From the IMG/VR virus record IMGVR_UViG_3300029928_000003: 64,000 nt of DNA; one strand, 5' to 3'. Origin of the DNA: a virus. Its lineage: Duplodnaviria; Caudoviricetes. Below the pieces are notes generated by a model. The model made no database searches. It had not been told where the DNA came from and saw only the letters and a list, made by a program, of their open reading frames with translations. Position numbers and translations under genes: made by a program. Below, one piece after another: positions 51,267 to 61,774 of this stretch. The stretch's first letter is position 1. Every line of letters begins with the position of its first letter.

Positions 51267-53192
51267 TTAATATTCTATTCTTTTTCTTTTATCTTTACTT
51301 CTTTGTAATATAACTTGTTTCTTATAAAAATAAAGCATACGTTGCACTTCATCTTTTAAATAAGGACAATGATACAAAGTATTTTTTCCTTCATGGTCAT
51401 AATGATTAAGAATCAAATCTTTTATTACAAAGTTGGGATTTATTTTCTGAAGCATCCAAGCATACGTAGACAGTTGTAATACGTAATGCCAATAATTACT
51501 GTCATCTAGATTATTCAGGGGATATTTCATTTTAGCTGTAGATTTAGTTTGAGTATTATAACCACTTTTTAAATCTATTTTTCCGTTAGTATTATGAGTC
51601 ACTATTAAAGAATGCGTACATAAATATGTATGAGATGGGCTATCAACTGCAATACATTGCGTTGGAACTGTTTCAACTTCTTCTACAGAATTAATATTTC
51701 TAAAATTATTGCTATCTTTAATTGAAGTATTTTCTATTTCTTGATTTCTATATAAAAAAGGATTGAATTTATTTGTTGTAAAGTTAATGTTCCATACTGG
51801 AAATTCTTTACCATTACATTTATGTATTTCTCTAAAGATAGATATCTTACATCCTAATGAAGAAAGTAATTTTTTCATTCCCTCCATTTGCCAATCAAAA
51901 GAAGTTGTCATAACATATCTTTTACGCTTTGGATAATAGTATCCATCAGTATCCATTAATCCTCTGAGTAATTTTAATCGATCTTCATAAGAAGCTAAAA
52001 TATAATTATCAGGAATATGTTTATTATTAATCAATCCCATAGCTTTTAATATAGAATCTAATCCATACACAGTACGCATTTCAGTATTTTCACTATCGGA
52101 ATTATTATTTAAATTTGGACCTATTTCAAAACCACTTTGTTTAATTAGTTCCCATAAATTAGAATTTTTTTCTTGAGTTATAACACCACATGCTTCAGAA
52201 CCGTCTCCTAGCCAAACCCCTAGAATATAAGGATCCAACATGATATTAGAACTAGTTGTATTTAACGGTTTCGCATCAAGAATTTTTGGAATATTATACG
52301 TAGTCCTTTTGCTTACAGAGTCTAAATAAGTTTTTAGTTCTATAGTGGTCATTATTTGATGTTTAAATCCATCAGGATTTTTTCTTGTGGGGTTTGCTAA
52401 CTTAAAAGAAATTAACCATCTATGATCTATATCAGCAATTATACTTTCATGATTATCAAAATTGATTTTATAACATGGATTATAATGCACACTAGATTTA
52501 ACTGTAACATTGCATAGATTCCCATCTTTATCAAATACTTTATCCCCAATTTGTAAGTCCTTCATAGTAGACCATCCGTTAGAAGTTAAAATAGGAGTAT
52601 CTAAAGGAAGACCTTTGTGGTCAATAACCCAAATATCATTACCAGATTTTACGATCAAATCAATTTGTCCAGCTATTTTTAATATACCATCATTAGATTC
52701 TCTGTATATAAGATACTCTGGATAAACTCCGTGGTCTAAATTTAAATCATTATAATTCTTTTTACATTCAAACTTACCTCCAATTCCGAATTTATCTAAA
52801 ACTATATTGTTTTTAGTTTTATAAAAAGAATTTTCTAATTCAGAATGTATTTTAGTACCTCTTTCGCAAGCTTCTTTATTTTTAATATCCCACTCATCTA
52901 AGATTTCTTGTTGACACTTATTAAAGTCATTTTCTGTAATATCATATAAATCTAAAATAGATTTATCAAATTTTTTAGTCTTTAATAAAGACTTTTTTTC
53001 TATAGCCCAGTTGTCCTTAGGAATAAGTTTTTCTAATGCTTTATAAGCACTCCAAAAATCTTTATCAAACGGCTGGGCAAACTGATTAATAAGAGTAGTA
53101 ACTGATATATATCTCTCATTATCATTTACATTCCAATAGGTATGTGAATCTTCCGAAAAAGCCACAAGTCCATTTTGCTTATCAATTTTCAT
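51267..53192 (-). CDS. PD-(D/E)XK nuclease (Cas4/exonuclease-like) interrupted by an intein
   Basis: SVTT, GTKIH, E, AGQIDL, IDHK|TN, YVLQLSTYA motifs; TAG-free. Confidence 0.85.
   Translation of the reverse strand: MKIDKQNGLVAFSEDSHTYWNVNDNERYISVTTLINQFAQPFDKDFWSAYKALEKLIPKDNWAIEKKSLLKTKKFDKSILDLYDITENDFNKCQQEILDEWDIKNKEACERGTKIHSELENSFYKTKNNIVLDKFGIGGKFECKKNYNDLNLDHGVYPEYLIYRESNDGILKIAGQIDLIVKSGNDIWVIDHKGLPLDTPILTSNGWSTMKDLQIGDKVFDKDGNLCNVTVKSSVHYNPCYKINFDNHESIIADIDHRWLISFKLANPTRKNPDGFKHQIMTTIELKTYLDSVSKRTTYNIPKILDAKPLNTTSSNIMLDPYILGVWLGDGSEACGVITQEKNSNLWELIKQSGFEIGPNLNNNSDSENTEMRTVYGLDSILKAMGLINNKHIPDNYILASYEDRLKLLRGLMDTDGYYYPKRKRYVMTTSFDWQMEGMKKLLSSLGCKISIFREIHKCNGKEFPVWNINFTTNKFNPFLYRNQEIENTSIKDSNNFRNINSVEEVETVPTQCIAVDSPSHTYLCTHSLIVTHNTNGKIDLKSGYNTQTKSTAKMKYPLNNLDDSNYWHYVLQLSTYAWMLQKINPNFVIKDLILNHYDHEGKNTLYHCPYLKDEVQRMLYFYKKQVILQRSKDKRKRIEY
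51591..52613 (-). mobile_element. Class-3 (WCT) intein with LAGLIDADG endonuclease, 341 aa
   Basis: Starts GLPLDTPILT; block B DHRW, block F TQCIAVD, block G VTHN|T; LGVWLGDG and LRGLMDTDG. Confidence 0.85.
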
Positions 53193-53239
53193 ATACTATA
53201 TCAAATTATTATTCATTATTTTATAAAAATAAAATGTAG

Positions 53240-53452
53240 TTATTCTTTATTAGACATTTTATATTTATACTTATAATCTACTCCAAATAAAGCTCCTGCA
53301 AATGTACATATCTCACCAAAGGCAATTAATATGGAATTATCTATAATACCTAGGGGGGGTACTGCAAATCCTGCAATAAGCAAAGCACTCCCTAGTAATA
53401 TTAATGCTACAGCGGATAGTAATTGCAAGTTAAGTCTTGAATTTTTATTCAT
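53240..53452 (-). CDS. Holin-like two-TM protein
   Basis: Two hydrophobic segments around VPPLGIID; basic C-terminus. Confidence 0.55.
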   Translation of the reverse strand: MNKNSRLNLQLLSAVALILLGSALLIAGFAVPPLGIIDNSILIAFGEICTFAGALFGVDYKYKYKMSNKE

Positions 53453-53608
53453 ATCTTTTTATTACTAATTGTATTAATAAGTTGTATTAAATTACAGTAA
53501 TAAATAAGATCTATAATATTATATAAGTAATGTTATACTAAATAATGTTGTATATAGCAAATATAAGTATTATCTTTATAATTAGAAATAATTTTAATAC
53601 AATATGAG

Positions 53609-53896
53609 ATGAAACAACTTAATTATAATTCTTATCCTATATAGAAATCTAATTTATACAGGTTTCAACCTATATATATACCTTAGATTTTATTTACTAC
53701 GGAAAATGAATCTTATACTTTAAGATGTAAAAATGGTAGTAAGATACATATAAAAAAGAAGAATAAAGGTTCTTTTACTTCTTACTGTGGCGGTGCTGTA
53801 ACTAATGAATGTATTGCTAGAGCTAAGAATAGTAAAAACCCAGTAACTAGAAAAAGAGCAATTTTTGCATAGAACGCAAGAAAATGGAATAAGTAA
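53609..53896 (+). CDS. Small basic protein (IHIKKKNKG..RKRAIFAQNARKW)
   Basis: Open from ATG 53609 to TAA 53896 with TAG=Gln. Confidence 0.65.
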
Positions 53897-53897
53897 T

Positions 53898-55016
53898 ATG
53901 ACGGATTCTATATTTACTACATATGAAACTGTAACGCCCCCTAAATTCGTATTAGAAGGCATTGACGCTACACCCCCTGCAACTGAATTAGATTATATGG
54001 ATTATTTCACTCTACTTAATAAAAGTAAAGAAGACAAAGAAGAACAATAGGAAGTTGATCTTTCAAATGATTTGTTTACTCCTGAAGATTTTATGCCAAA
54101 AAAGAACAATACTAATGATACTTTAATTAATAATATTATTAATACTGGTAGATAGTTTGTAGGAAGTAAATATGTAAGTGGGGGAACTTCTCCAGAAACT
54201 GGATTTGATTGTTCTGGATATTTACAATACATTTATAAATAGAATGGAGTTAATATTCCAAGAGATACTGCCGGTATATTTAAAGCAGGTACTGAAGTAT
54301 CTCTAACTAGTGCTAAACCTGGTGATATTATTTGTACTAAAGGAAGCGGTGTTACTGGAAGACATGTATAGATGATTAGTAAAATAGATTCAAATGGCTA
54401 GATTTATGTATTAGAAGCTAGAGGTCGCAAATGGGGTATTGTAGAAGAACCTTTTAAAGGTAAATCAGTAATATCAGTAAGACGTATTATTAATCAAGAT
54501 TCTGTAGCCAGTAATGATCCTTTTCTAACTAATACTGCAATTAAAGCTCCTAAAACCTTCTCTAATAAATAGAATTTTGTATCTACTTTAAATGCAGCTT
54601 ATAAAAGAGCTTTAATTAAATTTGGGTTAGATCCAAATTACTCAGAAGTACTTACGGCATAGGCTGCCTTTGAATCTGGTTGGGGTAAACACTTAGCTGG
54701 CACTTATAACTTTGGGGGTATTAAAGCAGGTAAGAACCAATCGGGAACTATGAGAACTACTAAAGAATGGAGTCCTTCTAGAGGATATTATACTATACAA
54801 GATAAGTTTAGAAATTTTTCTTCTATAGATGAGTATGCCGAATATAGAATAAAATTACTATCAAATAGACGATATAATTTATTTAGATTTAATCCATAGG
54901 ACGCACAAGGTATGTTAACTAGTATGTTAAATAGTGGGTACGGAACCGCCCCTATAGGAGATTATGTTCCTAAAGTATTAAATATTTATAAACAAATTAA
55001 GACTAAATATGCGTGA
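53898..55016 (+). CDS. Peptidoglycan hydrolase: NlpC/P60 + GH73 glucosaminidase
   Basis: YVSGG..GFDCSG..IPRDT..HV; AQAAFESGWG..YNFGGIKA..FRNFSS..GYGT. Confidence 0.85.
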
Positions 55017-55467
55017 AAAATTAAATTATTTACTTAAATACCAATATGGTGGTATGATGAGAAAATATGGTAATAAACTATCAGAAATGTTTATGGCTTT
55101 AAAAAATAGAGGTTTAAACAATCAACCTGCTTTTGAAATTGCTTGGCAATCTTTAAAAGAACAACCTAATAGATGGTATAGTTTTGGAAATAGTTTTAAT
55201 AATGTAGACAGTTGGGCGGATAATGTTGTTAACCACCAATTAAAAAGAAATATCTATAAACGTGCTAAAGATTCAACTAATTTTTAGCAATATAGGTAGG
55301 CTACTTTGCCCTATAATAGAAATGCGGGATATACTGAATGGTTACTATAGGGAAGAAATAAAGCTAAAGATTATATAAATAATTATATGCAACAAAATAA
55401 TATAGATGGAAAACCAATTGCATATAATCTCCTAGAATAGAATAATAACTTAAATAGCTATGTCTAA
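55009..55467 (+). CDS. Hypothetical protein with KYQYGG motif
   Basis: ORF-track fragment 55009-55287 extends through TAGs to TAA 55467. Confidence 0.65.
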
Positions 55468-57133
55468 GTATACCAAGAATTTAAATAACACAAAGGTAAA
55501 TTATCCTATTAGATTTAACTTACCTAATAATACTAAAAGTCCTGTGTTTTATTCAGCACAAGAAGCGCAACAATGGTTTAATACTAACTATGGTGATAAA
55601 TACAGTATATAGATGCCCGATATATCTACTAATGCTACTTAGAATACAAGTACTACCAAAAATGTAGCTACTTAGCCCGTGAAGCTGCCTGAAATTACAG
55701 TAGAAGCCCCTAAAACAAATTACAGGGTTAATCTAGATATGTTAGGTATTAATCCTTTTAACTGGCCTAAATATATTCCAGAGTCTTATTGGGACAGTGA
55801 TACACATAAGGCAATTAAAGAAGGGAATAATATTACAGCTTGTATTGTTACTGCTCCGATACTTGGGGCAGCAGCTTCTAAAGTACTTCCCTATATGTCT
55901 GCAAAAGGAATATTAGCAGCAACAAATGCAGCAGGAATTACCCCAGGATGGTTTACTCCTACAGTTGCTTCTGTAATAGACACTTCTATTGCAGGTACTG
56001 GATTAGGATTAAGTTTAAATGATATAAGAAAAAATGGCCCTACATTTGGAAATGTATTAGGAACGGGATTGAGTGCTTTAGGATTTGCAGGAGAAATTCC
56101 TGGTTTTACATAGGCTGTTAAAACTATCTATAATAATAGAACTTTATGGGATAGATTTGTACACTATGGAACTCCTTATGTATAGCATGTTCCAAAACCA
56201 TTGTCAATTAGGGAAAAATTAGGATTATCTAAAGGTGTTTATGGTAGTTTAAATAAATATCAAAAACAAGCATTAGAAGATTATGAATAGTATCAAACTT
56301 CTGGAAAATTAAGAAATAAATTTGTATATGACACTACAGACGGTTCGTTTAAATATACATATAATGTAGAATCTACTAAACAAATTCCTGCCGTACAATA
56401 TATTACTTCATTACCAAATTCTAAAGTAACATCTGATTTCGTTAGAACCCCAACCTAGGAATTAGCCTATTTTCCAAATATAAATTAGTCTAGAATTGCT
56501 TTTTTGCCAAAAGGGTATAATTTTGGAGAATTACGGGCTACTCCAGAGCAGAATGGTTTTCAAAAAAGTATTGTGCTCACCAGTCCTAGAGTTGATTTTA
56601 TAGACGCTATGGTAGGAGGAACTCCAGAGTAGATAGCCAAACTCCCAAATAGAATACCAAAAGAAGATATGAAAAGATTCTGGGAAAGTATGGAACAAAC
56701 TACTAAACCCGGCACATATCTATCTGGAGATGCTGGAAGAATGCCATTGGGAGGATTTATGATTAAAGCGAAAACTCCTTCTGAAGCTTCTAAAATATTA
56801 TTAACAGATGCTGCGGATATATCTTCAGTTGGTACAAGAATGGGGCTTAGTCCTGATTCTTATAAGGCAATTGTTAAACAGGGACTAAGACCTGGGCATA
56901 GACTTCGATTTAGTAGAAACAGTTTTACTAAATTAAATTCTTCAGCTATTGATAATAAAGCATTATATGAACAATGGAAAGCGGCAAATACTCCAGAATT
57001 AAAAAAGGAATTTGTAGAAGATTGGAATAATCAAATATACCCTAATTCAGCTTTTATAGACGATAGAGGTATTATTAGATTTTTATAGCCGTTTGTATAT
57101 TATATGCAAAAAGGTGGGACAATAACTGGTTAA
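55460..57133 (+). CDS. Cargo/effector-like protein A (557 aa)
   Basis: N-terminal PIRFNLP..KSPVF, LPEITV, hydrophobic Gly/Ala segments, C-terminal MQKGG. Confidence 0.65.
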
Positions 57134-57150
57134 TTAGTAAAATATTAAAG

Positions 57151-57378
57151 ATGAAATCAATAAAAGAATATATTAAATTAATATTAACTTCACATTCTGG
57201 TATATCTTCTAAAAGATTGTGTGGCGTATTTGGATTCTTAATGGTGTCCTTTATATTAATATACTGTACTATTAAATAGATACAAGCTCCTAATATAGTA
57301 GAACCCTTTATCTATGTAATATGCGCTTTACTTGGTATAGATAGTGTTACTGGAATATTTTATAATAAATAGAAATAA
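57151..57378 (+). CDS. Holin-like two-TM protein (SSKR type)
   Basis: SGISSKRLCG + TM1, TM2 ending ALLGIDSVTGIF; 2 TAG. Confidence 0.65.
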
Positions 57379-57382
57379 TTAA

Positions 57383-57931
57383 AGTTCTAAATTTTAGAAT
57401 GGAGGTAATGTAGCCGAAGCAGCCTCTTATATGATTCCAATATATGGAACTCTTAAATCTTATAAAGACTTGTATGATGAACCGAGTTGGTCAAATCTTG
57501 GTAGTGCCGCTCTTAGTACTGTTGGTGATGCTGGTTTAATTGTAGGTGCAGGTGGGTTACTTAAAGGGGCTGTAGCTGCTAACGCTGCGAATAAAGCGGT
57601 TAAGGCGGCACGTGCAACATAGGCTATTAAGAATGCAAGAATGGCAAGAACCGCAGAAGCTGTAGCAGATGCCGCGGCCAGATATGATAGAACAGCTAAG
57701 CTTGGAGTTCCTATTAGAATGTGGCCATGATAGCAAACATATTTACGAGCTACTCAACAGTAGTTAAATAATGCTCTTAAAGCTAATTTTGTTGCGGGCA
57801 CCTAGGCTCTTAGGAATAATTATATAGCAACTGAATCTAGAGCAGCATATAATGCTATGTAGCCCTATTTAAGAAATGCAGGATTAGGTGCTGTAATGGG
57901 TATTGGGGAAATGCTTCTAGTGTGTCTATAA
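57383..57931 (+). pseudogene. Degenerate cargo-like gene
   Basis: In-frame SSKFQNGG with no upstream start codon; internal TGA at 57728-57730 with the frame continuing to 57931. Confidence 0.45.
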
Positions 57932-57963
57932 GACATAGATAAGTATTTTACAAAAAAAAACAA

Positions 57964-60900
57964 ATGACTAAATTAGTAAATAAATCTGGACCGATATAGT
58001 TTAATCTGCCAAACGGTGGTAAATCACCTGTATTTCAAAATGGTAACGAGGCTTCTGAATGGTATGTATAGCATTATCCGATACATGGATATAGAATTAC
58101 AACCAATTCTCCAAATTAGTAGCTTGTTACTAATACTTCTGGTAATATCACCCAACTTCCATAGGTAACAGTAACTGCAGTTGCTCCTAAAATAGAAGAT
58201 TAGTAGATAAGAGCCTAGATAATGTCTGGTAATTATAAAGGAACTAAATTTATTCCTACAGAAGCTAATATTAAACATTATCTAGATTTATATGAAAAAG
58301 ATAAACAAGTAAATAAAGCATCAGATTCTAGTGAATGGGCTAAATTTGTAGGAGAAAATGCAGCAGCCGCTGCTAGTGTAGTAGGCGCACCATTAGTAAC
58401 AGTAGGTGGTTTGATTGGTGGTATTGCTGGAGGTGAATTAGCTAATGCTGCCCACCGTGCATTAGTAGATAAAAATACTAGTATTGGTGAATATGTATCT
58501 AATGCATGGAATAATAATTTAACTAACACTAGATTGCCAGGAGGACATTATTTGCCTTAGATAAGTCCTGAAATTGGAGAATTTGCAAATGCAGGTAGTT
58601 TAATAGGAGGGGCAGTAGGAGGTGCAGTAGGTGCTCTAACTGACTATGGGGCAAAACAAGTATTTACTCCTTATGTACGAAATCATTTTTCTTGGGATAA
58701 TGTTAAAAACTAGGTATTAAAGCTAACTCCTTAGAATATAAAAGAAAGATATTAGAAAAATATTGATTTTGCTTATAATACAAATTAGAAATTTGGAGTA
58801 ACTGCATATAATCAAAATCGTTTAGCATAGGAATTATACAGTATTCCTGACGAACCTTATAATTAGTTTTTTAGAAGAATTCCAGGAGCTATGTATACGG
58901 ATTCAATAGGACGCCGTCCACGCAGGGTTAGACATCGCAGAGCAGGCGCCCCTCCGTAGCGTGCTAAGATTGTATATTTGGAGCCTATAGCTCCAGAAAG
59001 AAAATCTCTTCCGATATTGCATGATACATCAGTTAAGTTTGACCCAATTACAGGAGAAATAGTTGAGCTAAGAAAGAATCCACTATGGGAAAAAGCTTGG
59101 GATTATGTAAGATTTGGTTTAGATCCTGAAGTACAAAAACAATATGAACAGCAATTAATAAAAGCAGGGTTTACACCAAAAGATAAAAGTTTATATTTAG
59201 AAAATAATGGGGAGATATATAGTCTACTTCCTTGGGCTTCAGGTATAGATGTACAAATTAAAAACGATCTTAGGGATTTTAAAATAGATCCAAAGATAGC
59301 TTCTGAATGGACGGCTAAATTATAGCAAGCAGCTAAAGATATTCCGGGATTTAAACCTTGGGGTTCTTCTGTTGGTGTTGCTGAGTAGGCTATGGCTGGA
59401 ATGCCGCACGATATAGATGGTGTTATTCCGTTTAGTATGTTGCCAAAAGGAGTAGTTCCTAAAATAAAAGGGGAAACTTATTTATATTAGCACCCTACAC
59501 TAGGTGATATAGATTTAAATGTTATTAAAATAAATCCTAAAACAGGAATTGGCAATGAAAGAGCTACTGAATTATATGTATAGTTATTTCCAGATGAATA
59601 TCATAAATAGGCTATGAATATGGTTACTAACCCAAATAGAGAAAATTATGCTTAGTACCCTGTTAAAATATTAGATATTAATGGTAATCCTATGACTGAA
59701 GAATAGTTAATGTCTAAGTATAACGCTTTAAAGAAAACTATACAGGATTCGTTTGAGATTTATTGGGATTCAAATGAGAGTAAAAACAAACATTAGTATA
59801 GACCATTACAATATTTATTAGGTAATTAGCCATAGACCGTTCATGAAGTATTACAAAACATAGCTCGTAAAGAACTAGGAAAGAATGGCAAATTATTACC
59901 TAAATTAAAATTTGGAACCCCAGAGGAAAATCAAGCATTATTAGAATCTATTGGGTATTCTGATATAATCGCTAAAGAATTAAGTACTTAGCCAGATAAA
60001 ATGTAGAATGCGTTAGATTATTGGTATCTGGCAGACAACACTTTATTTAGAGCAGTTAATGCTGGAGATTAGGGACAGCTTGGTGGAACACCTCAGTAGG
60101 TAATACGAAATTTAACACAATGGAATCCTGTTGCAGGTGGGGGTACATTATCAGGAGAAGGATTAAATACTACTGTATTTGGGTGGTCAGGCCACCCACG
60201 AGATGTTTCTGGACTACTTTAGCCTAGAATAAAAGGATTATATGAAAACATGCCTGCTTAGGACGCAGTTAATCTAGTTTCACGTAATATGTGGTCTTTT
60301 GGGGAAGTTACTAAAGCATAGGCAGATGCCATTAATAAAATAACTAATTTAGATATATAGGAGGGCACTCCCCTATATGATATGTTAGAAATAATTGGAA
60401 ACTACACTACACGACTTCCTAATAAAGAAAGAGCAGAAAAATATAATCAAATATTAGACATCTTAGGGGTACGTGGTTTAAAGGGGGAGTCTTATTCTTA
60501 TGATAGAACTAGCCCACAACGATTCTACGGTGCAGGAAACCTTAATCCTGAATCAGATGGTATTGGAGTAAATACTGGTGATATTGCTAATAATTTTAAG
60601 TTTAAATAGATTCCTACTACAGAAGGCCGTATAGAAGTACCCGTATGGTAGGATATTGGAGATTCAGATGCGTATAATCGTAATACATCTATTCCAGAAA
60701 ATGTAGAATAGATAATAAGTAGACTATTTCCATTTAGAAATACTTATCCTAGTAAATATACTCCAGCAATGTTTGCACGAGATAGAAAAAATCAACTTCA
60801 AGCTAAATCAAAGTAGAATGAAGATATGATGTGGCATTTCTATAATAAATGGCTAAATTTAAAAAGAGGGGAACAACAAGTATATTCAAATATGCTTGAG

Positions 60901-60990
60901 TAGCTCAGATAGAATTTAACTAATTAGGCTGCACAAGGTGCGTAGGCTGGAGCAATTAAAGGAGAAATTGCTAATAGCTAGAATAAATAA
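57964..60990 (+). CDS. Cargo/effector-like protein B (~1008 aa) with nucleotidyltransferase-like motif
   Basis: Three ORF-track fragments in frame; N-terminus paralogous to the 55460 gene; WGSS..PHDIDG motif. Confidence 0.65.
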
Positions 60991-61010
60991 TCGAGTAGGA
61001 GAAAAAACGA

Positions 61011-61047
61011 AAAAGGAGAACATCAATTAAGATGCTCTCCTTTTTTT
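61011..61047. terminator. Bidirectional intrinsic terminator
   Basis: AAAAGGAGA-ACATC..GATG-CTCTCC-TTTTTTT between convergent genes. Confidence 0.8.
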
Positions 61048-61050
61048 AAT

Positions 61051-61440
61051 TTAATTACGAACAGATATTTCATTTAGGTTATCTAACCAGTCTAAAACTT
61101 CTTGTGAGTTTTCTAACTTATAATCCTTAATCATATTCCATACTTCATTTAAATCTTTTAAAGATTTATTCATTCGATTAGTAACCCACTTTCTTTGTAA
61201 TTCATCTAATGTTATTGGCGTATAGCCTTCTGGAATCTTATTGTAAACAGAGGTAATAGATTCTCCTTTATTATTAATAAAGTAGAATAAATCATTACGA
61301 ATACTTATAGATTCTTTAATTTCTTTTTTAGTTTCGTCAATGATACGAACATCGTCCCAAGTAATACCTAATTGTTGTAATTTTTTATCTGGATTTTTGG
61401 GATAATATTCTATACCATTATATTCAAATTTAAGTCTCAT
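61051..61440 (-). CDS. Hypothetical protein
   Basis: 129-aa TAG-free ORF starting 2 nt after the tRNA discriminator base. Confidence 0.7.
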   Translation of the reverse strand: MRLKFEYNGIEYYPKNPDKKLQQLGITWDDVRIIDETKKEIKESISIRNDLFYFINNKGESITSVYNKIPEGYTPITLDELQRKWVTNRMNKSLKDLNEVWNMIKDYKLENSQEVLDWLDNLNEISVRN

Positions 61441-61442
61441 AG

Positions 61443-61763
61443 TCGGGGTAGAGAGACTTGAACTCTCACTTATGGTTTTAGAGCTAATTGTTCTGTAAAG
61501 ATTTTTTATTCTTTACTTCTACAACTTCTTATTAATTGTAGTTCAGCATACGTTTTAATCCAAAATATTGGATTGGGAACACTCGTGGTAATATTATATT
61601 TATTCAATTACTATGCGTTACATTACTTTTTGACCTTTCGCAATTCAAAAAGTTAACTCGGCATTGGCATCACAGCTTTTACCGATTTTGCTCCCTACAG
61701 CTATTATATTACTATAATAGTGGGCCTCTTGACCACCTTGCTAACCATTACAAACATACCCCA
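61443..61763 (-). tRNA. Amber-suppressor tRNA (anticodon CUA, Gln-like), exons 61732-61763 and 61443-61483
   Basis: Spliced 73 nt: acceptor TGGGGTA/TACCCCG, D-loop AATGGTTA, anticodon stem GTGGT/ACCAT with loop CT-CTA-AA, T-arm GAGAG-TTCAAGT-CTCTC. Confidence 0.88.
61484..61731 (-). mobile_element. ORF-less group I intron (248 nt) in the suppressor tRNA
   Basis: U|C...G| boundaries; P1 GTGGU/GCC(C)AC; P10 CTCT/AGAG; core collinear with the terL intron. Confidence 0.85.
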
Positions 61764-61774
61764 ATTTAATATAA

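Noticed and set aside
57728-57730. Second recoding event (TGA as sense)
   Set aside because: Single instance; TGA is the evident terminator of several genes (portal, ring genes, 53898 hydrolase)
1-61000. Interpretation as a heavily pseudogenised or degraded prophage
   Set aside because: Interruptions are almost exclusively in-frame TAG at Gln positions, and a matching CUA tRNA is present
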